Shown: positions 47,514-62,601 of the stretch, in pieces | Position numbering within the stretch: position 1 is the stretch's first letter | How the letters are laid out: every line of letters begins with the position of its first letter | DNA from: the human T2T-CHM13v2.0 reference genome, Homo sapiens | Reading direction: 5' to 3' (one strand) | DNA: 64,000 nucleotides | Assembly (NCBI RefSeq): GCF_009914755.1 | Contig: NC_060941.1 | Made by a program: the position numbers and the translations under genes | The notes under the pieces: model-generated | The model's input: only the letters and a program-made list of their open reading frames with translations | The model's database searches: none | Told to the model about the DNA's origin: nothing

Positions 47514-48085
47514 CTTTAGAAGAAGAACACATCCATTATTACGGAATGATACAATCTTGGCTACAGAAAAAAACAAAATTTCAAATGTTTCAAAATGCAA
47601 AGTCCATGATAATATAGTGGATGGTAAGTCTTCTCAGTTGAGAGTTGCAGAGCACACCCAAACGGAATATAGCAGAATTACTTTACGAATATTTTTAAGA
47701 CCAGTTCTCAATGATTTTTCATTATATTTTATAATTCTTTCCATTGGTCAAGATTGCTTTCCTTGAGCTTGGATCTTCTGTTGCTTACGTCAAGAAAGCA
47801 CTAAACTTTAAGAAAATGTTTGGGAATCAATGAGCAAGATCATTTTGTTCAGGTGTTTTTTTAGGAGCAACTTAGAAATAAGAGTAAATATAATTTCTTA
47901 ATAAAACAATGTACTTAAGCACATAAGCTTCATTTAATAAATATGAATCTCCTTTATGTTCAGAAATTAAAGCTCTATGTTGTGGTTGTATATGTTTGTG
48001 TAGTTTCACCTCTGCTATCAGGTATGCCCCCTTTGTGGCTACTGATACAATAGCAAAAAAAATTTTTTTCTTCTTCAAAAGTTAC

Positions 48086-48250
48086 CTGAATGGTCTCTGT
48101 GCTCTTTCATCATGGGGATTCTATGTCCCCAAGAAAACTTCAAATGGTAGGAGAAGGTATCAGTAAAGATGACTCTCACTGCGTCTATTGAATAGTTCAA
48201 ATCCAATTCATCCATGCTTTTTTCATCAGGCCACCCCATGATTGTTCTTC
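48086..48250 (-). CDS. ABCA9: ABCA9 exon 4
   Basis: GRTIMGWPDEKSMDEL...KEHRDHS; 165 nt. Confidence 0.95.
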
Positions 48251-48490
48251 CTGCCATGTGAAGAAAACAAAAGAAATAGTTAAGCAAGAAAATCTCTACC
48301 TGGCCATATTCAATTATGTTGAGGTTATTTTATGTTAAAGCTATTCCTTCCTAAAGGCAGTGCTGGGCCTAAATAAGACATGGAGGGGAGGGGGGTGGGA
48401 ATTTCTGATGTTCTAGATAAAATCAGAAATTTATGGCAAACATTTGTATTGCAAATATAACTTACCCTTCCAAATAAATCATTTAAACAA

Positions 48491-48862
48491 TGTATCATTC
48501 TGTTCTTACATTGCTATAAGAAAATACCGAGACTGGGTGATTTATAAAGAAAGAAGTTTAATTGACTCACAGTTCCCTATGACTGGGGAAGCCTCAGGAA
48601 ACTTACAATCATAGCAGAAGGTACCTCTTTCCAGGGAGGCAGGAGAGAGAATGAGTGCAAGCAGGGGAAATGCCAGATGCTTATAAAACCATCAGATTTC
48701 ATGAGAACTCACTCACTTTCATGAGAATAGCATGGGAGAAACCACCCCCATAATCCAATCACTTTCCACTAGGTCCCTCCCTTGACTCATGGGGATTGTG
48801 GGGATTATGGGGATTACAATTCAAGATAAAATTTTGGGTGGAGACACAGCCAAACCATATCA
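48491..48862. mobile_element. THE1D/MSTA-like MaLR solo LTR
   Basis: TG...CA ends; 5-bp TSD aacaa. Confidence 0.85.
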
Positions 48863-49830
48863 AACAATAATTTAACGCACAATGAATTTCAAAAAATTAT
48901 TGCTATTGGAAATTCCAACGGTATTGGAAATAATCATTGGTATTGGTACTGGTATAAATATTGATATTGGAAATACCAATACATCAATTTAAATTCATAT
49001 ACAAACAAACCTATCTAAAGTTGGAATATATGCTGCAATTATAGTACACATCTTCATTTGGAAGTGATGTCAATGTAGCCAAATTTCCAAAGACAGAATA
49101 AAACTGTTGCATTTAGATAGTGTTTCCTTAAGAGACTTTGTTTATTCTAAAATATGTAGTGTAAATGGCTGACTGTTACTGATCTAACCCAGGCCATTTA
49201 ACCCATATAAGCGCACCCTCCTGGTGCAATTCAGCAAGTTCTTTTGTCCTCGGTATTTCCTACAATCCAGCAGCTAGATCCAGAGGCTTAACCAGACTCA
49301 GGTCTAATCCTTTTTTGCCAGCCGATAGGTGTTGATGTGTTGTTTTATGAGAGGCTTATAATTTCTAGTTGTTTCTCTTTTTGAGATATTCCAGCTGTTG
49401 ACCCTCAGTGCCTAGGTCCATTAATTCAATGGGAGTTTCAAAATGGTGATGTTTTATTTCTATCATTTCTTTTTCATCTACTAATATAAAACATTTATAA
49501 AATAATATTTTCCATTATCTATTTGGTTGTGCAAGAGTTCACGTGGGATATGTGCTTGTATTTTCTCTTTATTTGCTATTTTCCATAATAAGAACTCATC
49601 ACAATAGGCTGAGTATCTCTTATCACACACTTGAGACAAGAAGTATTTTGGGTTTCAATTTCTTTTTGGATTTTATAATATTTTCATACACATAATAAGA
49701 AATCTTGAGGATGCAACCCAAGTCTAAATGTGAAATTCATTTATGTTTCACATACACTTTATACACATTGCCTGAAGGCGATTTTATACTATATATATAT
49801 ATATATATATATAAAATTTTATATATATAG

Positions 49831-50143
<313 letters not shown>

Positions 50144-50218
50144 TATACAATATTTTAAATGATTTTGTGCATAAAACAAAGTTTTTACTGCTTTTTCACT
50201 GTGACCGATCACATGAGG

Positions 50219-51148
50219 TGTATTGGTCTGTTTGCACACTGCTATAAAGACATACCCAAGACTGGGTGATTTATAAAGGAAAGAGGTTTAATTGGCTCAC
50301 AGTTCTGCATGGCTGGGTGAAGCAGGAAATATAAGAAAAACAAGTAAAGAGAAAACAAGTCCTTCCCTGACCAGGCTGACTCACTCCAAAGTCCAGCTGG
50401 AGCTATGATAACATTATCTGCAAGGCCAGGCAGGGGCCCCAGAGAAATGGATTCCAAGAGCAGGGAGGAGAAAAACAAGTTCTTATCAGTCTCTGCCTGA
50501 AATTCTCTCCCCATGCTATCATTCTTTGTTCTGCTCTTATAATTACTTTTGTAACTATTTCTGCAAGTTTGCAAGGATTTTGTAAGTTCCTGTTTTCCCA
50601 TTTGTGCAGGATGGCAAAGGTCACAAGACATGCCTAAGTTGCAAAACCTGTCACAGTTTGATTAACTGCCTTTGTTCTGTTCTCACTTTCCCCATCCTGC
50701 AAATTTCACGCCACTGGCTAGCCACCCCACTTCAGTTGCATGAATAAAAGTCAAGCCCTGTCTTTGTTCGTGGCTCAGCCTCTGGATATTAATCTGCTGG
50801 GCCAGTGGCCACCTAAATAAAATCCTCCTGTTCCACCCATATGGTCTTTCTGGTCTCCTGATTCCTGCAACGTGGGGAGACCTCAGGACACTTACAATCA
50901 TGGCAGATGGGGAAGCAGGCACCTTCACAATGTGGCAGGAGAGACAGGAAGCAAAGGGGGGAAAACCCCTTATAAAATCATTAGATCTTGTGAGAACTCA
51001 CTATCATGAGAACAGCATGGGGGAAATTGCTCCCATGATCCAATCACTTCCCTCCCTCAAAACATGGAGATTACAGGTCCCTTCCTCCACATGTGGGGAT
51101 TACAATTCAAGATGAGATTTGGGTGTGGACACAGAGTCAAACCTATCA
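50219..51148. mobile_element. MSTA/THE1-like MaLR LTR (interrupted)
   Basis: TG...CA ends; 5-bp TSD tgagg at 50214-50218 and 51149-51153. Confidence 0.85.
50318..50872 (+). mobile_element. ERV1 solo LTR (resembles LTR4 of HERV3/ERV3)
   Basis: 555 bp; starts TGAAGCAGGAAATATAAG and ends CCTGCAACG; 4-bp TSD tggg; AATAAA near the 3' end; family name from memory. Confidence 0.7.
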
Positions 51149-52180
51149 TGAGGTCAGGTGTGGAATATTCCACTTATGCATCATGTCAGGCTCAAAAGGC
51201 TTCAGATTTTGGAGCATTTCTGATTTTGGGTTTTAGAATTAGGGGTGCTCAACCTGTATCATCCTCTAACGGTAAAACGGTTAGTTATATTTTTCATTTA
51301 ATAACTTGACGAAAGCACGGACTTACGCCACATTGGCTGCTGAGTTCTTTTGGCATAACCGATCAGGTCTTGATGGCTAGTCTCTAAGCTATCTGGAATG
51401 ACAAGGTTCTTCACCTTGTAAATGTCCTGCCCTAGACCTTCTCTTCCATAGTGTGACTCCCAAGTTTTAAGGACACATGGGTGAGAGAATGAGACTATTC
51501 CATACTTACTTATTTGGTCTATCACACTTTACACATTTAACAGCTTCAATAGCATTCCAAAACTATACTAGTAATAAAATTTCTGAATATGGTTTCAGTT
51601 GCGATTCTCAAATTGGCCCTCTCTGCTTTCTGGTGGGTAATTATGAACTCTTAAAGAAGTTTCTTCAGGACCATCAGATACCTTATTGTTTCTCTTTGTT
51701 CTCTTCCTACACCCACAGGAAAAACCACGCCAATCTTGTGGCTTTTAGAGCTTTGTGTCCCACCCACATATATACTTTGTGGTACAAGGAAACATGTCAC
51801 CTCTTTTCATTGTAAATATTGCCCATGGGTTTTCAAAATGATGTATAGTTTCTCTCTTAATATGTATGTATTTGAAAAATCATGCTGTCACTACAGTCCA
51901 ATGTTTCCAGAATCTTTTCACAAACATACATTTAAATAACCCTGGACTATCTCATTTTGATATGTACAATTATGAAGATAACCCTTTTAATATGGAATTT
52001 CCTAAATGGGACACTAGTGAACAAACTACAAAAAATTTTGAGACTTGGAAGGAATATACGTTAATGTTGTTAATAAACTCTAGAAACTTGAACATTCAAC
52101 ATAATTTATGAAGGAAATCTCAAAATGAATTTGTGCCTTTTGCAAATAAGGAAATTACTATGAACAACCAGGGAACATAC

Positions 52181-52388
52181 CTTTTAGGAATGGGGCTGAA
52201 GCCACTTTGTTCATTATCTCTTGGGTAGTTTTGGATTCAGGTGCAAATGCAATAACATAATTAGTATCATTAAAACTATCTACACGTCCCAGATCCATTG
52301 AAGACATTTGAGGAGTGTCATGAACTTGATGTAAATTGGAGAAAAATAGGTACAGAAACAGTACCAGAAGAAATGAAAAGAGCCATTC
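52181..52388 (-). CDS. ABCA9: ABCA9 exon 3
   Basis: EWLFSFLLVLFLYLFFSNLHQVHD...SAPFLK; 208 nt; TM1; AG/GT boundaries. Confidence 0.95.
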
Positions 52389-53221
52389 CTATATAGCAAT
52401 AAGAGAAAAAGGAAACAAACTGGTAGATGTTATACCACAGATCAATCATCCACAAACAGTTTGAAATACTTAATTCTGTTATTTGGCTTGCATTCCATTT
52501 ATTCTTTCTCCTAGTTTTTAAATATCCTGATTTTCTTTGTCCATTAATCTGCATATATTAAAATATGCACATTGTCTACCAAGACAGAATTGTAACATCA
52601 ATTCCAGTTATAATTGAGAATCTAAGTTTACCACACTCTAGTGCAAGTGATAAAGCCTGGATTACTTTATGAATGGCCCAACAGTTTAGTCATGTTAAAA
52701 TTTTAGTGACAGTGATAAATAAATAGTAGGTGATGTGGAATAGGTAACTAGCTTCCATCAACAGGAGCAAGATCATATCATATTTTTACCTTCTGTTGCT
52801 GGTATGTGGAAGAAGATAGTCCCAAAATGTTGCTCATAAAAAAACAAAGTTTTTTTGAATGTGGTCATCGTGACCACATTCGGGAATTGGAAATACAGCA
52901 CAATGCAATTGAAACCCAGTGATAAGAACCTAGTTAATTATTTAGTTATGATACTACACATAAGTCCTTTTTAAAAGAGTTATATGTCATCTTCATCATA
53001 TGATCCTTTTTTAGCTATGTGTGTTGGTCTATATCTGTTTCTATCTTAATAGAAAAATAAATATAATGTTTATATAAAAAAGAGCTAAAAGTTTAAAGGT
53101 AAAACATCTATGTAGGGCGGGATCACAACTTTTACATTTATATAATCTTTTCCCTATGCAGGAATTGTTGTATACTTTATTCCCTGCCTATCCAAGCATT
53201 CAATACATATTTGTTGCATGA

Positions 53222-53240
53222 ACACACACACACACACACG

Positions 53241-53271
<31 letters not shown>
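53222..53271. repeat. Interrupted (CA)n microsatellite
   Basis: Seen directly. Confidence 0.95.
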
Positions 53272-53274
<3 letters not shown>

Positions 53275-53926
53275 CATAAGATCAGATGTTAATATAAGTT
53301 TTGAACTATGAGTATTCTATGGGTGATTTTATTATATTTTTCTGAGTTTACTAAATTTTTTGCACAAAGCACATCTAATCATTCTTATGATCAGAAGAAA
53401 ATAAGTACTATTTTAATAGAAGTAAAAGATCACAATACTATTTTCCCATTTATTTACATGATTATTATTTCTTTCAAACTGACATTGTCTGTGTCTATAA
53501 TGACATTGTGTAGAAGTGCTACAATTTGCCTTTTCATTGTTTGTTAGATTTTGGATTCCCTGCTTCTTTTTTACTTTGTCCCTGAACTTCTATACAAATG
53601 CGTTCATGAGATTCAAATGAGCTCAGCGGTTAAGAATTGTTATCTCTGAAGTATAAAGATATGGCTTTATTTTTCAAGGAGTTTCTGAATATGAATTTTT
53701 AAAAAAATGCCTCTAGTAAGACATAAAACAATAATACATAATGTAATTTGAAAAAATAAATTTTACCTGAACAAATAGCAAAGCCCAGAATTTGAAAAAA
53801 AATCTAGCTTGTTAATTAGACTACACATATGTGCAATGTTAAATAATGAAAATAAAGTGTTTATGTTGCCTGATAAAATACTTTTTCATCCTCTAAATAT
53901 GAGAACACATAGACTCTGAAGCATAC

Positions 53927-54022
53927 CAACAAGGTCTGTCTTTTCATTCTCCATTTTTTGAGACAGTTCTTGCAGAGAAGAGCCCATGTTTGCTGACCCA
54001 CGCTCATGCGTCTCTTGCTCAT
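53927..54022 (-). CDS. ABCA9: ABCA9 exon 2, coding part (ATG at 54022; exon starts at 54035)
   Basis: [32 protein letters not shown]; 96 nt; AAG acceptor, GTATG donor. Confidence 0.95.
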
Positions 54023-54984
54023 TTTGACCTGTTTCCTTTAAAAAGACAGAAAAAAAATGAAGTACATGTGAAGGTCTAAAGTAGAAAACATTGTGCAATC
54101 AAACATAAAAGAAACATTGTAACAGCTGTTTCCAGTTGCATTCCTGGAGAAGAAGAAAGCCAAAAGGCTAAAATAAAAACATGTGAGGAAATGTTTAAAC
54201 TCAATATTGAAAGAAATAAGAATTAAAACAACTATCAGATATTATTTCTCCATCATTGGATTGAGAAAAATCAGAAGAGTGAATAGTGTCGATCGTTGCT
54301 ATCTCCTCAACTGTGGGTGTTGTTAAATTGTCTAATGGGGAGAAAGGAACTTTCCGCCTTGTTGTTGGGGGTACAAACTAACCCAGTCACATGGGTGATT
54401 CATTACTAATTCATTACTACTTAGCAATATCCTACCATCAATCAGTTCTGCTCCTGGATATGCAGCCCATGGAGATTCTCACATGGGGTCATGAGGGGAC
54501 CAGTGCAAGGATGTTCTTTATAATGTAGATTATTGTGGCATGGTGTTAATAAAACAAATTTTGATGGATACAGTCCAAAGATTACTATGTAGGATTCAGG
54601 AGCACTGGATTGGCACACACCCATCCACATGAAGACATCTTAAAAATATAGCTCCAGTTCAAAGGAAGAAAGAAAGAAAAAGAAAAGATTGAGCATTAGG
54701 TCAAAATATCATTGATATCAATTCACATTACATGTGATACACATTTTCCAAAAATATTCAGGAACTAAAGGATCACCATCCCTAATACAATAAAAAGGTT
54801 ATCTTTGGAAGTGGGAAATAAGAATGGAGGTTGGGTGAAAAGTGGGAATTGGAAATTAAAGAAAATAAGTAACCAAAACAAGATAGGAGCTTTGTTTGAA
54901 TCAATTATTTTGTGTGCCACGAACTTAAGAGATTGATTAACTTTTACCCGGGACATCATGTCCAGCTACCAAGAAAAAATTACA

Positions 54985-55280
54985 GGCTGCATAAGGTGGC
55001 TCATGCCTGTAATCCCAGCACTTTGGGAGGCTGAGGCAGGAGGATTGCTTGAAGCCAGGAGTTAGAGACTGGCCTGGGCAACAAAGTGAGACCCCATCTC
55101 TATTTTTAAAAAATCAAAAAATTAGCTGGACATGGTCCTTGTAGTCCCAGCTACCAGCTACTTGGGAGGTTGAGGCAGAAGATTGCTTGAGCCCAACAAG
55201 ATTGAGGCTGCAGTGAACCATCTTCATGCTACTGTACTACAGCCTGGGTGACAGAGAGAGACTCTGTCTCAAAAACAAAT
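54985..55280 (+). mobile_element. AluJ
   Basis: Dimer; TSD-like agaaaaaattaYa. Confidence 0.88.
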
Positions 55281-55448
55281 AGAAAAAATTATAACACATA
55301 CTAGAAGGTAAAAAAGAAAAAACAGTATAAGGAGAGAAAGTATCAGAATCAGACTCAGATGTGGCAGAAATGTTGCAATTATTAGACTAGGAATTTGAAA
55401 CAACAATGATTAAAATACTAAGGGCTTCAATGCATAAAGTAGACAATA

Positions 55449-56361
55449 TGTAACGAGGGAGAAAAAAAAGTCCACACCTGTTTCTCTGTATAAAACACTT
55501 CTGATAACAAATGCTTGGGTTTTCCCCACAAAGAAATTCTCCAGTTCTCTGTGGACACCAACTGGGTGACCTAAAATTCAATTCACTTCAATTCTGACAC
55601 TGTCTACTTGGAGTTACAGCAGATCCCACAGATTAAGGACTCAGTCCCAAAAGACTGCCCCCCACTTCAGATGCCAGTCAGAAGCCTGGGTCTTTTGTAC
55701 TTCTGACTGACTGGCTATATATTAGGGGTTCCCATAACCCGCTCCTTGGGTTTGATAATTTGCTAGAGTAGCTCACAGAACTCAGAAAAACAGTCTAATT
55801 GCAATTACCAGTTTATTACAAAGGATAAAACTCAGGAACAGCCAAATAGAAAATATGCACATGGCAGAGTGTGCAGGACAGGACACTGAGCTTCCATTAA
55901 CTCTCTGGGTGCACCACATTCCCAGCACCTTGAGATGTTCACCAAACCAGAAGTTCCCCAAACTCCTTCAGTTAGGGCTTTTGTGGAGACTTCTTTACAT
56001 GGGCATGATTAATAAAATCATTGGCCATTGGAGATTAACTCGAACTCAATCTCCTCTCCTCTTCCTGGACATCTGGGGATGGGGCTGAAACCTTCTAATC
56101 ACATGGGTGATTCCCTGGCAACCAGTCCTATCCTGAAGCAATCTAGGGGATTTCAGCCATCAGATATCTCATTAACACGAAGATACTCATTTCACTTCAG
56201 AGATTCCTGGTCTTAGAAGCTCTGTGTCAGGAACAGGGACCAAATATTATAACTAACGCTATTCCCATCACCCCTATGACTCAGGAAATTACAAGGGTTT
56301 TAGAGGTTTTGTGCCAAAACTAGGGGGCAGAGACAAAATATATATTTCTTATAATGCTGCA
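55449..56361. mobile_element. MER21-like LTR
   Basis: caattctgacactgtctacttggag...actcaggaaattacaagggttttag. Confidence 0.65.
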
Positions 56362-57132
56362 TCATGCAGGAACGATGGGCAAGGTAAGAAAGGAGATAAA
56401 ACTTCTAAGAGAGAACCAAAAATAAATGCCTAATATTAAAAAATACTATCAGAAATGAAGAATGCCTTTGATCTTTGATGAGCTTATTAGTAGACTACAC
56501 ACAGCTGAGAAAAGAATCCAAAACTTTTTGAAAAGAAAACAAAAAAAGACTGAAGAAAAAACAGAGCAGAATATTTAAGAACTATGGGACAATTGAAAAT
56601 GTGTAACATATGCCTAATGGGAATACCAAAAAGAGAGAAAGAAAGGAACAGAAGAAATACTTTAAACAGTAATGACAGAATTTCCCCAGATAACGGCTAG
56701 ACACCCAACCTTAGATTCAGGAAGGTCAGAGAACACCAAGCAGAATATTTGCTCAAACAACTACACCAAGAAATATCATTTTCAAACTACAGAAAATCAA
56801 AGATAAAGAAAAAAATCTTAAAGAAGCCAGAGGAAGAAAACATCTTTTCTATAGAGGAGCAAAAATAAGAATTTTATCTAACTTTTCTTCAGAAATTATG
56901 GAAACAAGAAGAGAATAAAGTATTTAATGTGCTCAGAGAATAAACCCACCAACTTAGCATTCTACCCTTAGTAGAATGTACTCTGTGATATTAACCTCAA
57001 AAGATGAAAGAGAAGTACTTTCTCAGACAAACAAAAAATGAGAGAATTTGTTGCCAGTAGACCTGCCTTGCAAAAATATGAAAAGAAGTTATTTCAAAAG
57101 AAGTAAAATGATATGTCACAAATTTATATATA

Positions 57133-57450
57133 AGCCTGGACACAGTGGCTCATGCCTGCAATTACAGCACTTTGGGAGGCTAAGGTAGGAGAATGGCTTG
57201 AGCCCAGAAGTTCAAGACCAGCCTGGGCAACATAGGGAGACCCTGTCTCTACAAAAACAAAATTATTTAAATTAGTGAGGCATGATGGCTTATGCCTGAG
57301 GCCCCAGCTACTAAGGAGGCTGAGGTAGAAAGGATCACTTGGGCCTGAGAGGTGGAGGCTGCAGTGAGCTGTGATGGTGACCCCGCACTCCAGCCTGGGC
57401 AAAGAGTGAGACCCTCTCTCAAAAAAAAAAAAAAGAAAAGAAAAGAAAAT
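57133..57450 (+). mobile_element. AluJ
   Basis: Diverged dimer with A-tail. Confidence 0.88.
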
Positions 57451-60400
57451 TCAGATTTACATAAAGAAAAAGCATGAGAGAAAGAAAGAATAAGTGAAGG
57501 TACAATAAAAACTTTTTCTTATTTTTAACTGATTTGAAACATAATAGAAAATAATAGCAATGTATTCAATTGTGTATACTTATGTTTATATATGTATATA
57601 ATGCCATATATACAATATATGTATTACATTCATATATAATGTTCCTGTATGCTTATCTGTAAGTGAAATGAATGACAGTAATGATATGAGGGACAGGAGG
57701 GAGGAGGAATTGGGGTTATTTTGTTATTATAAGATACGCTACCAATTAAGTGGTATAGTGTTATTCGAAAGTTGACTTGGATTAATTGTAAATATATATT
57801 GCAAACTCTAAGGATTTAATTTGCTTTTCTTTTGGAAAATTCATGAAAGAAAGTAAAAACAAAAAACAAAAAAAATGAGTCTAAATGAATGATAATCTAA
57901 GAAAGAAGGAAAAATGAAATTATATTAAATGCTCAATTAAAACCACAAAAGGCAGAAAAAATGTAGACCAAAAATAGAATTGAAGACTAGAACAAAGGCA
58001 ATAAATAGAAAATGGTAACAAATTTGGTAGATACTAATCCAATATGTCAATAATCACTTTGATCATCAATGGTCTAAATGCACCAATTATAAGACAGAGA
58101 TTGTCAGAGTAGATGACAAAAAAGATGTAATTACATGTTGTCTACATGAAACCAGCTTTAAATATAAAGACACATATAGATTAAAAGTAGAGGGATAAAT
58201 ATAGATGGACCATGCTAACAATAATCAGAAGAAAGCTGGAATAACTATATTAATTTCAGATGGAGTAGAATTCTAAAACAGAACAGACTTTTCATTCCAA
58301 AGAAGGAAAATTATCAGGGATAAAGTGAGAAGTTACATAAAGTTAAAGGGGTCAATTTTCCAAGAAGTCATAGCAATCTTTAACATGTGTGTGCTAACAA
58401 CAGTGTCAAAATACTGAGAGAACTGCAAAGAGAAACAGATGAATCCACTCTTATAGTTGGAGACTTCATCACCTCTCTTGGCAGAAATGGACAGATCCAG
58501 CAGGCAGAAAATAAATAAAATCAGAGTTGAACTCAACAATATAATCAACCGATTGGGTAAAATGAACATTTCTACACACGATTTCACTCAATAACAGCAG
58601 GAAATTCATCCTTCTCATGCTCACATGGAACGCTCACCAAGATAGACCAATTTTGAGCCATAAAACACACCTTAGAAAATTTAAAGGAATAGAAATCATA
58701 CAATGCATGCTCTTGGGCAATGGTAGAATTACACTAGAAATCAGTAATAGAAAGATAACTGGAAAATCTCCCAAATACATGGAGGTTAAACACACTTCTA
58801 AATAACATAAAAGTCAAAGAAAAAAATCTAATGACAAATTAAAACTTATTTTGAACTAAATAAAAATGAAAACACAGCTTATCAAAATTTGTGGCATACA
58901 GTGAAAGCTTTGCTTAGAGAGAAATTTACAGCATCCAATGCATACATTAGTAAAGAAGAAAGATCTAAAGTAAACAATCTAAGCTTACACCTTAGGAAAT
59001 TAGAAAAAGAAAAGCAAATTAAATCCAAAGAAAGCAAAATAAAAGAAATAGTAAAAATTATGATAGAAATCAATGAAACGGAAAACAGGAAATCAATAGA
59101 TAAAAATCAGTAAAACCAAAAGCTGGTTCTCTGAGATCAATAAAATCAATAGGCCTCTACCAAGACTAACTAAGAAAAAAGAGGGAGAGAACACAAGTTG
59201 CTAATATTAGAAATGAAAGAGGGGGCATCACTACAGATCTCATAGACATTAAGAGGACAATCAAAGAATATTATGAACAACCCTAGGCTTACAAATTTGA
59301 TAGCCTAGATGAAACGAATCAGTTCCTTCAAAGAGACAATCTGTCAAAACTCACACAAGAATAAACAATCTGAATTAACCTTTATCTGTCAAAGAAACTG
59401 ATTTAATAATCAATAATCTTCAAAACAGAAAGCATCACTGGTGGTTCCCCAGTGAATGGGTTCACTGGGAAATTCTATCAGACTGTTAAGGAAGAAATTA
59501 TTTCAACACTCTACAATCTCTTCTAGATGCTAGAAGCAGAAAATGAAATACAATTCTGAATCTTTGTTCTGTATCTTTCAACTCCTCGTCCTTCATCCCC
59601 TGGGATATTTACAAAAGCCTACTTCATAAGGTGAAGCCTAATTAGATAGGATATACTGTGTAAGAGATAATGAGCAGAAGGAACTAGAGTAGAGTGATGG
59701 TGGTAATAACTATTTTGGAATAGTTAAATATGTGGTGATGAAGAGGCACAGAAATAAAAGCCAGATCTATGTCACTTGGTCAATAGAGATTTTCCTATGA
59801 AACATCCCAAGAGGTAGGAAGACTTGGAACTCATAGTTTTAACTAGTGTTCAATGGTGTGAAAATGCATTTTGGGGAGACGGTATGGGCATAAAAATGTA
59901 ATTATTGTGGAATGGACTGTTGAGTCAAGGAATAGGTTTGGTGTATTATAGACAAACTTTATTCTTGCAAAGTAGATGGCCCGCTTTTACTGTTGATAGA
60001 AAAGAGCACCCAAACTAATCTTCACATCTATGATGGCTATAACCTTCCTATACATATGTGGATAGGTGGGAGGTGGAGTTAGGGAGAATGAATCAGCCAA
60101 ATAGAGATAAACAAATCACATAAAATTGTCCTTGAAGGTACTTAAACAGATACCTCATTCTACCATTGTATTATTGAAATCAATATAGGGATAATCATTT
60201 GTAGGCACCAATGTTGCTCTGCTATTTTCAATGAGAGACAATCACCCATGCCTGCCTGCTTATGGGCTCAGCCTTGGCCTTGAGGGTAACCCACATAAGG
60301 GCCTAGGCTTACAAGAGTGAAAGAGAGAGAGAGAGAGTGGCCTTTAGGCTTGCACACAGATCCACCAGTCAGCCAGACTTTCACTTTCTAAAACATGGGC

Positions 60401-60616
60401 CTAGGCTTTAGGAAGTCTTTATAGGCTTTAGGAAGTCTTTATAGAATTGTTTGCAGAGAACAAACAAAGAATTCAGGATATGTCTGTCCAAAAGCCATTA
60501 ACTGACCTACTACAACATAATGAAGGTAACTTACTTCAGATATGACAGTTTCAGTTTGGTAGTGCGGGTACAATGTAATTATTTATACTCTTTCATGTTA
60601 ACACAGCTCAAAAACT

Positions 60617-60885
60617 ATAGTCACCCATTTGTATTTGTGGGTTCTGCACTTGTGGATTCGACCAACTGGCGGTAGATAATGCTCAGAAAAAAAGGATGGC
60701 TAGGTTTGTACTGAACATGTAGAAGCTTTTTTTTTCTTGTCATTATTCCTGAAACAATAAAGTATAACAATTATTTACATAGAATTTACATTGCATTAGG
60801 TATTGTAAGTAAGCTAGAGATGATTTAAAGTACGCAGGAGAATATACATAGGTTAAATGCAAATATGACACCATTTTACATAATG
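60617..60885. mobile_element. MER2/Tigger3-like DNA transposon fragment
   Basis: gtgggttctgcacttgtggattcgaccaac...gctagagatgatttaaagta. Confidence 0.6.
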
Positions 60886-61409
60886 GTGTCGTATATAAGG
60901 CAGAATAACAACGATGGTCTGAAAGTTGTAGAGCTTTAGTGAACATGAACTATTTTAACTGATAAAGAAAACGTAAGACCTAATCTTAGCTAACAAACCC
61001 AACATTCTAGGATGGGAAACTCACCCAGGAAATGATTCAAAGGTAGTAGTTCAAGTCTTGGTATAGTGGAGCACAAGGCCAGTTGACTAATAAGGCCTGT
61101 GTTTTCACATCAATGGTATCCTCTTTTGGTGCCATGTTGAACAGGAGTGGCAATCATAAGGTTGCTATTGCCCCTTCAATGGTTTTATTAATGAGGGTGC
61201 TCCTGGATCCTAGGTTCATGGTTCATCCTGCCATATTCATGGCAGGAGCAAAGCCATGAATATGCTGACCCCTTCTGGTATTCAAGAGACAGCTCAAGTG
61301 GGAAGACGATTTATTCAAGTCAGCCTCAAGGGGGTAGTACCAGAGATGGAGCCTATCCATGGTCTATTGCAGGGAATACTGTGCTGCTACTGAAGTCTGA
61401 AGGGCAAGG

Positions 61410-62077
<668 letters not shown>

Positions 62078-62099
62078 CAAGGCATAGTTGAAGAGAAAT

Positions 62100-62601
62100 G
62101 TGATTGGCAGAATAATGGTCCCGTTCTAATCCTGGAATTTGTGAATATGTTACAGTACATGACAAAGGGGAATTAAGGCAGTAGATGGAATTAAGGTTGC
62201 TAATCAGCTGACTTTGAAATAGGGAGATCATCCTGGATTATCTGGGTAGACCCAGTGTAATCACAAGGGTGCTAAAAAGTAAAACAGGGAGGCAGACGAG
62301 ATCAGAGTGAGGCAGTAGAAGAAGGGTTCATTCTGCTGCTACGGCTTTGAAGATGGAGGAGGAAGACCATGAACCAAAGAATGCAAGAAACCTCTAGAAG
62401 CTACACAGGGTAAGAAAACAGATTCTCCCCTACAGCCCCCAGAAAGAGACACAGCCTAGCCAACCCCTTGATGTTAGCCGAGTGAGAACCACATCACACT
62501 TCTAACCCCCAGAGCTGTAAGATGATAACTCTGTTTTGTTCTAAACCATTAAGTTTGTGGTCATTTTTTTTTTTTTTACAGCAGCAATAGAAAGTTAACA
62601 T
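62100..62601. mobile_element. MLT1D-like MaLR LTR
   Basis: ggcagaataatggtccc...aaaacagattctccccta...cagcagcaatagaaa. Confidence 0.7.

Larger units (their letters stand above)
54930..59540 (+). mobile_element. Old L1M element (degraded ORF1/ORF2) interrupted by two AluJ and an LTR
   Basis: ORF2-like remnants, e.g. ORF 58889-59113 LREKFTASNAYISKEERSK; ORF1-like text at 56400-57100. Confidence 0.75.
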
